A stretch of 64,000 bases of DNA from Ptychomitrium polyphyllum (Eukaryota). The stretch's first letter is position 1. Each line of letters opens with the position of its first letter. The stretch is taken from positions 9,610,001 to 9,674,000 of the forward strand of contig OZ316776.1 in NCBI GenBank assembly GCA_973851085.1. Reading direction: 5' to 3'. Of this stretch, positions 1 through 17,771 are shown one piece after another. Below the pieces are notes generated by a model. That model worked only from the letters and a program-made list of their open reading frames with translations, ran no database searches and had not been told where the DNA came from. The position numbers were made by a program, and so were the translations under genes.

Positions 1-657
1 CCTGGTGAAGCTGCTTTCGATCACCGATCGTCGAGTCTGCGTAGGTGTGATGAGTTTCCACGTTGATGATTAGCATAGTGTCTTGAGAAGCCACGGACAC
101 TTGCGGTTTCTCTAAAGTGCTGATTTATGTGGAGGAATGGTATTTGGTGTGTGTGTTCGAGGACCTTGTGTTATTGCTTCAACTGGATCGGAGCCGGATC
201 TATATAATGGAGCTCGAAAGCTTGTCGTGGGTTAAACTAGTCTCCAAAAGTACTGAAATGAGCTACTAGTTGCAGCAATGATTTTATGGCTATGGAATCA
301 CGAGTAGAGTCTGGCTTTTCTTGTGGAGTGTGATGGAATGGCATACGCTGAGTGCTTCAATCTGGGACAAAATTTGGTTTATCGTTGGTGTGACATTTTA
401 GTGGCTATGGCCGATTCAAGCTCCAACGGACTTGACAATGGATATTAGCCATTCAAGCATAATTGCATCATTGAAAGGCTTGGTGCCTTGCAATCGTATC
501 TCTCTCTAATTCATCTGTTCTTTGTCTAATTTCTAGTTCCTCCTGAAGCATCTGACTTCTTTAAATTTAAGATCGAAGCTGTGAAGCGCTTGTGTTGAAT
601 CAATTATTGTAGTGAAACAGATATTCGGAAAGCGCCTTCAATCCAGCATCTAGCACC

Positions 658-5862
<5,205 letters not shown>

Positions 5863-7289
5863 ATAGTAAACTGAGTTGGATATCCTGATTTCCTTTGAGA
5901 ATTATAGTAAACTGGTATAGCTAGTTCGCATAAATAGTATGATTTTGAATTTGATATCCGCATAATATGCGATATGTATAGAAAAAGGTACACTGTCAAT
6001 CTCATGTAGAGGTTTTGCGTATTATATTTTTTGAGCTGAGAAAGCTTGATTGATTTGAAGTTGGAGCAACTTCATGAGCGGAAAATTTAATTGTAGATGA
6101 TTTTTATAAATTTAAGCCTATAATGACGCTTCTCTGTACGCTTTGACTTGTGACCAGCCGATGCATCATTTTTCTGTCTTTCATCACTACTAACTAAATA
6201 TATAAGCACCGTAAATTTGTAGTCAGGATTCTAGGATACCAACACTAGCATCAGTGTGGAGAAATGGTTGGAAGGACTATATTAGCAAGTATGTTTTGAA
6301 AATATCTCTAGCAACTCTTAACATGCCACAAAGAGCAGGAGTCATAATGAGCATATGAGGACAAATCTTATACCTTCAATGTGGAAAAGCATTTAAAACA
6401 AATCTCCAGAACACCGACCAGCCCAAAGCTAGCCCTTACCAACCATATATCAAAGTATCAGACCAAATTCCAGACATTGCCAAACTTGCATTCAGATGTA
6501 TTGACATTGATAAGTCCTAAACTGATTTGCATCATAGCCTAATGAGCTCACTGACAGTCTCTATACCAGCAATCCTACACCTTCCAAAATCCCTTTTGAA
6601 TTCTTCCATGGCTTACAAATCCCTCACATCGTAAGAAAGTTGAACGCTTTCATCTCGCAGTTCTCTTAAGATTTTAGAGCTGAACCCAAATGTAGAAGTG
6701 CGTAGGTTAACTTACAACATTATCCGCTTGTTCCACCAAAACTGCTCATTTCCATAAATCAAGATTTGAAACCGTATCATTTTGAGATATTGGCTTCGAA
6801 GATCCTACACTATCGAGACACCATCACTAGAAGCACATCCGTGTGCAAGGACTGGTTCATTTTGTCTAATTCTATGATTACCTTAGACAGATTAGGCGAA
6901 GTTTGTCGTCCGGATCCATGGTTCCTAGATGTGGTCCAAGCGGCACTCAACTCTTTTATGGTGCCGCAGTGCTGAACAATCTGCAATTGTAGTGTTATTC
7001 CAATGCATGTATCTATGGATAGCAAGGGTCAATGATTGAACTTGAGCTTGAGTGGAACGCTTGGGATTCTCAAACGACTCAGTGAACTCGCAGAATGAAA
7101 GAATTGAAATGGTTGTGCACTGCTACATCCGAACTTGGAAAAACATTCGGTACCAGGGGAGACTCAGTCGAGATGGCAGCAACAGTGAAGGTTATTCCTT
7201 CTACAACCCTCAAGCTTTAGCCTCGATGATCTTTAGGGTTCATTTCCGTTTTTGGGGGTTTTGTTGGAGGCGATGGTTGGGAGATTGTC

Positions 7290-8285
7290 GTAGAGGGCTT
7301 TGCGAATCAATGCAAGGTGGTTCGCAGGTGAGCATCTTTATTTACCCTGCGCTGTTGCCATGGCGAACGCCGGCCCAGCGAATGAGATGCAAGAATCTGG
7401 GGTTCCAGAGCAACACTCCCCTGTCCCGTCGTCTGCATCGTGGTAGCACTTTTCACGCATTTAACACATGATCGAGAAGAGAGCCAGTTCAGTCCGAGGT
7501 GGAGTCTGAGATCTAATCCTCCAAAGTGCACTGGAGCCAAATGGATAGTGCCACCATATGGTAGTACCTATGGTGGTGCTCCGTTGGCGGTGAAGGTGCT
7601 CGAGGGCAAGGATGTCATCCAACATCTAGAAAATCAGAACCCTGCTGCCTCTCCTGCACTACCGACAGTGGGATGATGTGCGTGACCCGAAGGCTGTATT
7701 CACGGTGCGACGTTGTGGAAGGACGAGAAGTTCACGCCTTGGGTCGGTCCTCTTCTCTCTTTCTTTAAACAGGTAGTGTTGGTCCTGTTTCTGAAGTAGA
7801 ACAGGAGAGGTTTGCCTTCGTGATGCTCGGGACTTTGCGGAAGTTGACCGATCAGCAGATGATACATAACAAGAACTAGGGTCCTCCCTTTCTTCGCAAG
7901 GATGTCTTGCATCTCACATGCACTGATACAGAAGATATGAAGCGTTTGCATGAGCAACGTCGCTGATCCTGCACAATGACCTCAAGGCAGCAAATGTGCT
8001 TGTAAAAGGCAGCAAATGTGCTTGTAAATGGCAACAAGGAAGCATGATGTTTGAATGGGGATGGAAAATACGTGATGCATGTGATTGATTACGAGTGTTC
8101 TGCGAGGGTGTTGGAAACCAGGAGGGTTGTTGACTTTAACTTAGTATCCGCGCAGATAAATGTGAAGTGTGTAGTTATAGCATGACATGCTCCAAAATTT
8201 ATTTAAGGGTTTTGTTGAAAGGATGAGGATTGTGGAAAGATGTAGATCCTATAGTTAAGTAAATTGTTTCAAACTGTTGGCATAA
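7290..8285 (+). pseudogene. Degenerate protein kinase pseudogene
   Basis: Subdomain fragments in the correct order, broken by stops and frameshifts: GGSQVSIF, PLAVKVLE, ERFAFVMLGTLRKLTDQQMIHNKN*GPPF, EDMKRLHEQ/ILHNDLKAANVLV (catalytic loop), HVIDYECS (DFG position), a SYSMTC-like segment and a CWH-like segment. Confidence 0.8.
7985..8028. repeat. Perfect 22-bp tandem duplication (aggcagcaaatgtgcttgtaaa x2)
   Basis: Read directly. It overlaps the end of the kinase catalytic loop and shifts the frame. Confidence 0.95.
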
Positions 8286-9135
8286 TATTCCTTCAAAGAT
8301 ATCATAGAGAAGTTGAACACTATAATTCTTTCTATAGCATAGAATTTTTTCTTGTTGAAAACTTATCTTTTATATAAATGGAACATTTACACTGTTTTGT
8401 ATAAATAAATGATTGAATTTTTTTGTATTGCTTACAATGTTTTAGTTAGTACTTGACCTTTGTAAGTCAATTAATATAACTCACCTTTGCAGTGCTCACT
8501 CTCAAAATGAAGCCTTGTGTTTTTATAACAATTTGGTGTAGGTTTCTCAATGCAAATCTAAAGGTAGAAAAGTGTGCCAAAGTTATGTTTGAGTGAAAAA
8601 ACTTCCCATATTTGTTGTATAAACTTCTTAAACATTGTATCTCTTACTCAAATATAGGCCTTAGCAAACTCACATTGATGGTTCCAACATATTCACCATA
8701 TTAGAAACCACTACTAATCTGAAATTTGTTAAATATGATAATGTTGTCAAATCTTTACACAACATTCTTTAGCTGGATGACCCTTCACCATGATGCACAG
8801 TACTCCACTTTTTTCTTGAAGTGTTAAACTTTACTAAACATTGTGTACACTAGGGTAGATGATTTACTAAGGTAGTGGTGCTAGGTCATGCAGCGATAGA
8901 AAGTTATGAACCTGGATACTCTAATTCTGAAGTTCGTGTCGGAGTACTATTCATACTATTCATAAGAGCTCTACAAAACCCTTGCGGTGGACCCTCTACA
9001 ATCACTGCATCTAACCCCACCCTCACAGAATGTTAAAATCCAGTACGTCCCTGCAACTCCAATGCGGAAATCGATTAAACGAGGACGCACAGATCTGAAG
9101 TCATGACTAGAATTCTCCTCTTATGATCCTCAAAA

Positions 9136-12043
9136 TCAAGTGCGTGCTGTAACCACTTGCTGGGGATTCTCCTCAACGGGCCCCAGTGCTTTCTGGATCC
9201 CACTTGTCTGGTTCATCCGCAACTGATAAAAATTTGCCATCACCTGGTCGATGGTGGTATCGACCGCATCCTTGAACTTCACAAGCTTATGCTCCGGCCC
9301 CGCGTACACCAGACTCGGAATCATGGCCAAAACCGTTTCCTGCATCTGCTTCACCTTCGCTGGAGGAATGTTTCGAAGAATCTCTTCGATCTTAGCGCCG
9401 CTTCGGATGTCGGTTTTGGGGATGAAGACGGAGTAGGAGCTGTATTCCGTCGGTAGGTGCCAGTTGTATTGGAGGTACGCGCTCTTGGTCCAGAAGAACA
9501 CTGGGATGCAGCCGGCGATGAGAGAGTCAAAAATTGATCTCCTGGTGAAGCTGTCACCACGAGGTTGTAGGCAGAATGTCGACCTGGAGAGAGAATCAGT
9601 AGAGTTAGGATGAGAGAAAAGATTTGAGAATGTTGAGAGTATTCAACAGATTGTGGAAGTGACATGGACCAGGAATTGCTCAGAGGTTTGAGGAGAGAGA
9701 ATTGTGGTACCGTGTAAAGAGTCTCGTCGCTGCGAGGGGGTCGTCTTCACATTTTCTCTCCGAGCAGTTCAAAAGCTCACAGCTCTTAGCCTGCATACAC
9801 TGCTGGAATAAATTAATCCTGAAATCGTTAGGGAACTCCTTCCTCGGAGCGCCGGCAAAGGAGAATAGCAGATCTCTCTGCCTCTTTCTGAGCACGTTTT
9901 GCAAGTCTATGACTTCGTCGTCGTTTCTGGGGTGGAAGGCCGTCGGGTAAGGAATCGCCATCTCGGTGTTATCCCACGGACTGCGCTCCAGTGCGAGCTT
10001 CGTCACATTCGCGATCTCCGGCATGTTGATGAGGCTGGATCCCCAGCCATGATTCCCCTTCCGGCGAAAATCCCACGTGATTCTTCCTAGCATGAGGAAA
10101 TGGTCCAACCCCTGGTGCCGCTTCCAGTACGGGCTCCGTCGCAGCCACTCGACAAGGTCCCCACCGAGCCTGTCCCTGTCCGCCGCCGTGAACTTCTTGT
10201 CACTGACATTGAACAGGAACCTCGCGACGTCAAGGCCGCCGTAGTGAGGAATGTAGAAAGCCTTGGCGAGCTCCGGGTTGCGAGTGCGGCAGGGGTGCGT
10301 GAGGAGGCGCTGGTGAAAGATGACTTCGCCATTAAACTGGTCGGTTCCATACCACGGACCGTCGGAATGGTTCCCCTGTTTCTGGCTATGGTGAAGTGGC
10401 GAGTCGTTGAGAGCTGGCCCCAGGCCAGAATTCGAAAGCTCCCGGCATCTGTCGCCCCATTGTAGCAATGAGGAGCAATTCTCCAGTAACTCTGTGTTGA
10501 ATTTCTTCGGAAGCGTGTATACGTAGAACAATCCTTGCAAACAAGTGGCGTTCTGGATATCACTTGCACTACCCTTCATAGCATCCCCTAAAGTGGCGTT
10601 GCGAGCTCCAAGCTGCGCATCTAGAGTCGCATTGATACTACTTGCATTAGTCGTGAGTGCATCCCTGATGCTCGCATTGTGAGCTCGAAATTGCCCACCC
10701 AGAGTCGCATTGATGCCACTAACGTTGGCCATGAATGCATTCCCAAGACTCGCATTGTGAGCTTCAAAGAGCTCGCCCAGAGTCGCAGTGATACTGCTGG
10801 CATTAGCAAATAGTGCACTTGTGGCATTAGCCAAGAGTGTATCTTGTAGAGAGGCATTGCGAGCTCCAAACTGCGCGTTTACAGTCGCATTGATATTACT
10901 TACATTAGCCGCGAGTGTATCTAGTAGAGTGCCATTGCGAGCGCGAAGTAGTGCACTCGGAGCCACGGCATTCATCACCCTCTCTAGTGTTCCCAACTCC
11001 GTGGAATTTTTCAGCAAAACCTCTGAGATGAATCCAAAGCTTGCGTTGCTACTCTTCCTGGTTGCGTTGACACTAGGGAGAGGTGCAAAGTTCGCTTGTC
11101 GACCGGCATAGCTCACATTAGAACGGGCTATGGCGACGTCAGGATCCTCATCGAGATCCTCCGAGGCACCTTCCGAGTCATCCTGCAGGGGATCCGTCCA
11201 GGGAACATGCGCCGAAACTCGAACCCTCGCAGCTGGTGCAATGGAAGCTCGCACGTTTTCAGCGAATTCACCTCTGCGGCGATCGCCATGGCCTCCCCGG
11301 CCACGGAATCTGAAGCTATCCCTTTCTAGCGAGTCCCTGATGGATCCCCTCAACTGCGAGGAACTCTTGTCTTCTCTCGCTGCAGCTTCGAGACCCTGAC
11401 CTACTCTAACACGACGTTCTCTAGAGACTCTCAAATCTTCCACCACACTTCCGTTGCGCGCTCGTAGCCTGGACTCCAATCTTCCACGACGCTGTCTGAG
11501 TACTCTTAATTCGTCCACCACGCTTTCATTGCGACCGGGGAGGCTCCGCTCCACACGCGCACGAGGTTGCCTCGCGCCTCGCAACTCCATCACACCTCCA
11601 ATGCGCACTTCGCCTGGACGGATTGAGGGTCCTCGTCGAAGACGACTCTCTCGCGGTAACCCATGAGCACTCACGTTTCTGGAGCCCACGGTAGCATTCA
11701 CCTTACGAAGACGACTATGATTCTCACACTTGACGGAGCTCCCTTTCACGAATTCCTTCACCACCCGGCCAGTTCCGTCTGTGCAATTGATCATTGGCGC
11801 CTTGCCGCTTTGATAGGCGCTCTCTACCACGAACCTGCGCCACAGCCACGACCCGCTCGCAGCCTCCTCTGCAGAGTCAATGACATCCGAAGCGCCTGAC
11901 GAAGTGCCCATGAAGATCAACCGCGGCGCTTTCATGAGGCACACGACGAGCAGCAGCTGGATGGAGAGCGCGGAGAGCAGGATGAGACGACCGCGGCTCA
12001 TGCAGCCCCCGGCCATTTTCCCCCGCTTCGGCGACCCCCCCAT
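9136..12043 (-). CDS. GT47 (exostosin family) xyloglucan side-chain glycosyltransferase, XLT2/MUR3 clade; two exons (12043-9711, 9583-9136)
   Basis: N-terminal TM anchor LILLSALSIQLLLVVCLM; GT47 motifs FYVYTLPKKFN, WYGTDQF, HFLMLGRITWDFRR, IPYPTAFHP, FSFAGAPR. After a GT-AG intron (9710-9584): STFCLQPRGDSFTRRSIFDSLIAGCIPVFFW. Confidence 0.92.
10575..10942 (-). repeat. Coding tandem repeat, ~26 aa (78 bp) unit, about 4.5 copies, rich in N-x-S/T sequons
   Basis: ARNGTLLDTLAANVSNINATVNAQFG / ARNASLQDTLLANATSALFANASSITATLGELFE / AHNASLGNAFMANVSGINATLGGQFR / AHNASIRDALTTNASSINATLDAQLG / ARNATLGDAM. Confidence 0.9.
11400..11610 (-). repeat. Coding Arg-rich repeat, ~25 aa unit, about 3 copies
   Basis: VMELRGARQPRARVERSLPG / RNESVVDELRVLRQRRGRLESRLRA / RNGSVVEDLRVSRERRVRV. 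Confidence 0.75.
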
Positions 12044-15000
12044 CGCTACCTGCAGACCGTTCCCCGCTTTAGAAAACTTTCACCACCGCCGCACCTGCAT
12101 TCTAGATTCTCGCAAGCTCTCGATCGCTGCAGCTCCGCAAAACTTCTAAACTCGACGATTCTTCTAAATGACTTCTCTGATCGATCGCAGTGTCCATTCT
12201 TCGATCCTTGAAGTGAGAGTCGATGAGGCATTTGTTTGCAAACAGAGTGTAAGGAATCGCAGCAAGGCCTGGAATTCGGGCGCATCATGAGAGGCTTCTG
12301 AATCATTCAGACGGACTGCGTCGAAAAGGGCTCTGATTACTTCCGTAATGATTTATCAATCATACGAAAAATTAATCATAGATTTTACTAGGAATATTCG
12401 CGACTTTTTCAGCGTAATCCAAAATAACAACAAAATGGTTTTAGTTACTGTCTGAGGAAATATACTCAAAAGCGGCACTGCATGCAAACGCGACAACAGA
12501 GATTTCAGAAACTCAAATGTATGGGTGTGCTAGATAATTCCAGTTTGGGTTCAGTGACGGATATGTGTGTGACCCTCTGACACAAGACCGGGTCGCGTTG
12601 GTTGGAGACGTTGAGCTTGAGTGGCAGGATTCCGTCAAATGTGCCCTTAGATTTAACTAAGTGGAAGTGTAGGTCACTATGTTTTTTGTTATTTGGGAAA
12701 CTTGAAAAATAATTCTTCGGTGGAAGATGATTGGATTCCCGCTTTGTATACGCATAGAACGTTGCATATTTTGATCTGAACTTGTCCATGGCCGGGTCCA
12801 GGGTACAACGTAATAAACAAGTCGTAGGAATCCTCTCATGAGCCAGCCCCTGGGAAACGGGTTTCTGCCCCAATCTGTCTGTCTGTGGGACCGTGTGGAA
12901 AGCATGGACTACAACGAACCTTGCACCGGCAGACTTGCATTCTCCTCACTGGATCCCTACAGTAGATTCAATGATTACTGTATTAGTGTCAGGACCTAAT
13001 TTTCTGACATGACTGCTGAAAGTACACACTAAGCCTTGAAAATATTTGTTCTTTCCTTCGGCTTTTTTATTTCTGTTAAATCAGTGCAATGGCGTTAAAC
13101 TGCTAATCAGTAGCACGCACTATGGGATAGTTGAATGTCTCCGATGGAGACGGTTGTGGGCTGGATATCGCCTTCCCCAACCTGGCAGCTTCAAACTTCG
13201 TTTTTACATATCAGCACTAAACAATTGATAACCGAGAGGTACCTTTAGTAAGATTAACTTGCTACCTATTGTGCGATACAGGTTTTGTTTTACCTTGAAG
13301 CTAGAAGACAATCTTGAGTAGAGGCTTTACAGTAAGGTGACTGTTGAATCAGATGCACTGTAAACGTGAAGACGCCATAGGCCACGACGACGACAAGCTT
13401 GAAAGTAGAGTCAGAATTTGCCTTTAAAGCCACGACATGAGTACAGCTACACTCTGCACAGCGCATTTTCATGAACCAGCCATTTCCATCCCTCCAACGA
13501 ACCTAAATTCAATCGTCTATGAAGCGGCATTCAGATTGAATACTGGTGGTTGTTCACAAGGTAGTGCCTCCTAATCCATCACCTTTTTCTTACTTTGTAT
13601 AAAAAATTTCAAAACTTTGTGGGTCTTATTTACAATTTCTTAAGTGGACTCCAATACACTAAAGTATGTGTTATTTAGATGTCACATGAGTAAGAGATTA
13701 ATCATCAGAACTGTCACTAGGTTCTGATCTCCAAATTTTAGCGCTCTCACAATCACAAAGCTAGGTAGTATTTAGGTCTTGGTGAAACTTAAATGTACAC
13801 CTGGTATGCAATGATTTCTGGACACTAGTGGAGTTCGCAGGTGCTACGGTCAACATTACTGTCTTGTCTCCAATAATCATGTTCTGCTCTCCTGCACTTT
13901 TGCTGGGCACCATATGATCGGATCTATAAGGATCATGTTCACCCGGCCTACATAGAACAAGCGGTTAACAAAGTCCTTTCCTCCTTTTGTGGTGCACCAT
14001 TTACAAGGATCTGGAAGTCTTAGGTTCGCAATAATTGAAGCCTTTCCGTGTCCAGCAATTACAAATTTCAGTCCTCAGCTACCGGCCCTAACACACTACT
14101 GCTACTACGCACATTATTTGAAGTGTCAATACCAATGGATCAACAGTCATATTCATGTAGGTGCAAAAGGCTCCAATACTTAAAATCTACGCATGAACAG
14201 TACTTAAAATTGAAAAACGTCATAACATATAAAAATAGATAGATATCTCATTCTGCTCTATGGAATCACGTAACAGGTACAAGCACCTAAAACCAACATT
14301 ACATAGGAGGGTTTTCATATTGGAGGAGGCAATTTTTTTTTGTGTGCACGCTTCGAGTAGCAATGTTAAATTATTGTTCTCAAGTTCTTGCTCAGAACCT
14401 TAAGACCAATGATGAAAATGGAAACATCAGAGAGTGTATAATAATAATCTTGTGTATTGAAAATTAATTGAACGATAGTTTTTCTGTACATCAGGGAAAC
14501 TGGTACGATGACCAAGTTGTGGGCCATCTAAGCTAGATTCTGCCACCATAAACGATGCTGAAGAGAGAAAGATTGGCACCTTGTCCACAACAAGCTCAGT
14601 TGAGTCATGGTAGCATGATATGGCACCGGTCATTCACTGCACAAAGGTCTTTTAGGGAAACCACCACAATCTCATCGAAGGTGTGATTGATCAACCTTCT
14701 TTGTCACGAACTCTTGGCAGTGCTCTTTGTAGGCAGCCTGTCAATTCGTTGGTTCTACAGTAAACGTTATAATTTGTCACTTGGGTTCAAGAGGGACCAA
14801 GACTTGGTAATTGTGAAAAATACCGTATTAAGAATTCCAAGTGACAATCTCAGTTAATAATTTACATATCCACAGGCTGGTGATGTGCGAGGGTGCTTCA
14901 ACAGTAGTATATGAATGAATTTGTTTAACACGCCCTGTCGGTGAACTTGGTGGCTAAGTTCATAACAAGTTTGAACATGTTTATTCTTGAAGCGTATTCC

Positions 15001-16634
15001 TCCACCTGCTTGATTGAGCTATCAATTCTCAAGACAGTGAGCCTCTGCATAATGGAGCAACCTATTCCCTGAGTCAAAGTATTACCTTCCTAGCATTCTT
15101 CAGCAGTTGAAGCAACTCACCCTCTTACTAAAAACATAGGAAATCAACAGTAAAATGATAGTAAGGGCATGTGACTTTGAATACATAAAAATATAAGTCT
15201 AATTCATGAGTTGACACACTAATTTTCTTAATTATAAGTAGAATAAGGTTTTAACAATGGAATTGTACCATTTGGTGGGTGGATAATTTGTTTGACAAAA
15301 GGTGCTGACAGAGGTCACTGAAGATGTTGCTATCATGAAACACTAATGGATTAGGCACCTCTAGGGAACCCATTTATAGAAGTGGCGGCCATTCACTGGA
15401 GGAAGAGAGCAGGATTATTCTCATAACGTGAAGTTACTTTGACATAATTGAGGTGATTGTCTTTTGAAACCCTTGATTAATCACGGAACAAGATTGAAAG
15501 CAAGTACATTTAAGATTTTATGAGGACTACAGCCTCCATCTTGTTCTATATGGTTTTTCTTCTGAATTAGCTTCGCATGTTCACCAAAAACATGTCTAGT
15601 AGAACAGCAATTGCAACTACCTGCTCAGATGATGCCACTTCAGCGCAACGCATGCACAAACCACCGTTACTAACCGTTCAAAATGTTTTAACCCACACTC
15701 TTGTGTGCTATAATCCACACTGTTCCGCTCAAAATGAGGAAGCTAATCTCAACTTAGCACATCTTAGCAGTTAAGTTATGATATAACACCTCTCCAGACG
15801 TTCCTGTTCATTTACTTCCTCGCTTTGGTAGAGGGCCAGATATGCCGCAAAAAGGAAATTCTTTCCTCCGTCGCCCACTCCAATAGGATCCAAATATCAA
15901 AATTTACCGGGTAACAGAAGAGTAACAGATTTCACCAAGTAGGTTGACAGGTAACAAGTCAGCATCAAGAATAGAGACACTTCAACATGCACAGAAAGGC
16001 TGCCGAAATTTGCGATCGAATTACTACATGCCAAATATTCAAGTGGAAATTCTCGTCTCTGGAAGCACATTAAAATATTTTCATTTCCCAGCCAACTCAA
16101 CAGCTGGAAACAAGAACCAATAATGACCTTCAAAAGAGACTCCATTACTTTTCCCTAGACATTTCCGTCTCCCTCCCTCTTCCCACCCAAAAGTGGCGCA
16201 GTGCACAGCATTGGACCACCTTGTTACAATTTCCATCGCTGGAAATCAATCAAATACACCTAAAAGGTTTTGTAAGAGAACAAAAAAGTTGACAAGTGTC
16301 AGTTCAACTAGTATCACCAATGGGAATATCAGGTGAAGCTCAAAACACGATAAGAACTACTACAGTAATTACTAAGTTTGGAGTACAAATGAAAAACCAT
16401 CCCAAGTTCACTTTCACAAACCTAAATACTGTGATCCAGTGCTCACTGTTTGACGTTATCACCTCTGTCCATACTGAAGTAGAGTTACGATCCAATGAAG
16501 TTACCACGGCTAGGACATTCCACAGACGACTGAAGTAAAAAAACAAGCACCTGATCATAGAGGAAACTGTCTTTGAGAACCGGCTGTAGATTTCGAATCT
16601 TCACTAACATACTACGTCAGAAGCCACAAGACAG

Positions 16635-16672
16635 ACAGCTGTTATAAGCTCGCACAGCTGTTATAAGCTCGC
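16635..16672. repeat. Perfect 19-bp tandem duplication (acagctgttataagctcgc x2)
   Basis: Read directly; intergenic. Confidence 0.9.
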
Positions 16673-17771
16673 AGATTTGCGTTTAGAACATTCCTCGGAA
16701 CAATCAGAACCAACACTCTGCTCTAGAGAAGCGTTGAATCTTCAACGTACCATAATTTGTGACGCAAATTGAATATTGTTGTGACACCCTCTTTCGATAA
16801 ACTTCTCCATGAGCTAAACGATTCATACCTAAAACGATGGCCCAGAGCAGAATGCATACAGCGAGAGAGGCTCGTAACGTTCAGGTCTCACTATCTCCGT
16901 GCGATGACCCAGCAGCGACACGGACCCATGGCCACCAGCAGCAGTCAGATGGCGATCCCCAGTGCCCCGCCTCCCACATTACCCACCATTTCGCCAGTTC
17001 CAAAAAGTCAAGCAAGGCGCACCCCTGGCATATAAATGAATTTTCGGTGATAACGGACGACCTTCGCAGCTACCATTTTCAATTTGTTTTTCTTTTCTCT
17101 TTTGGGAAACCATTTTGAACAGGGTATTGAATCTTTAAGATGAGCAGTTTTGGTGGAACAAACGAATAGCAATAAGCTATAGTAACTGTTTGAATGAATC
17201 AACAGAAAGCACTATCCTTCACACGTAAAATTGTCATTTGATAAAATCGTGAATCTTCTCTATTCATGTGTACAAAGAAGGTTATTTCAGTCTTAAGCGA
17301 AGGTATACTCTAAGTTTCGACATTAATCCTATTACCATACTTTTACAATTGCCACAGAGAGAAAGGTGTCAAGATAACGTGGCTGTTTGCTAGGCACAAA
17401 CTGCAGGTAAACACTTTTCCTCAACCACAAGCTCCAGCTGCTAGTATGGAAAAAGTGAAACTGGTAATCCCCATTCTCATGTCGCTGAACCTCCCTAGTC
17501 AGGTTCATTGCACAAAATTAGAAAATGGAGATCTTTTCATTGAACGCAGTGGTCCCGAAAACAAGCTGAGAGAGAATTCGAACTACATAATGTAAAAGTT
17601 GTATTTGAAATCGTTTGATAAACATACAGCTTGCTCCGATGATACACCAACCTACGGAGTGGGGCCGCAAATGAATTCGTGCTAACTTTATCTAAGTAAT
17701 GCGAGAACCGAAAATTGTTAAGGTATTCGTCTGAGCAACGGCAAAACTTGTGGTGTTATAGAGAATCTTGA

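Noticed and set aside
14400..17040. Possible minus-strand spliced transcript or RPW8-like coiled-coil relic (ELLQLLKNARKVIL.., LRIDSSIKQVEE at ~14930-15120; donor-like sites at 16828 and ~16550)
   Set aside because: Fragments are short and stop-ridden with no NB-ARC motifs; I could not build a consistent gene model.
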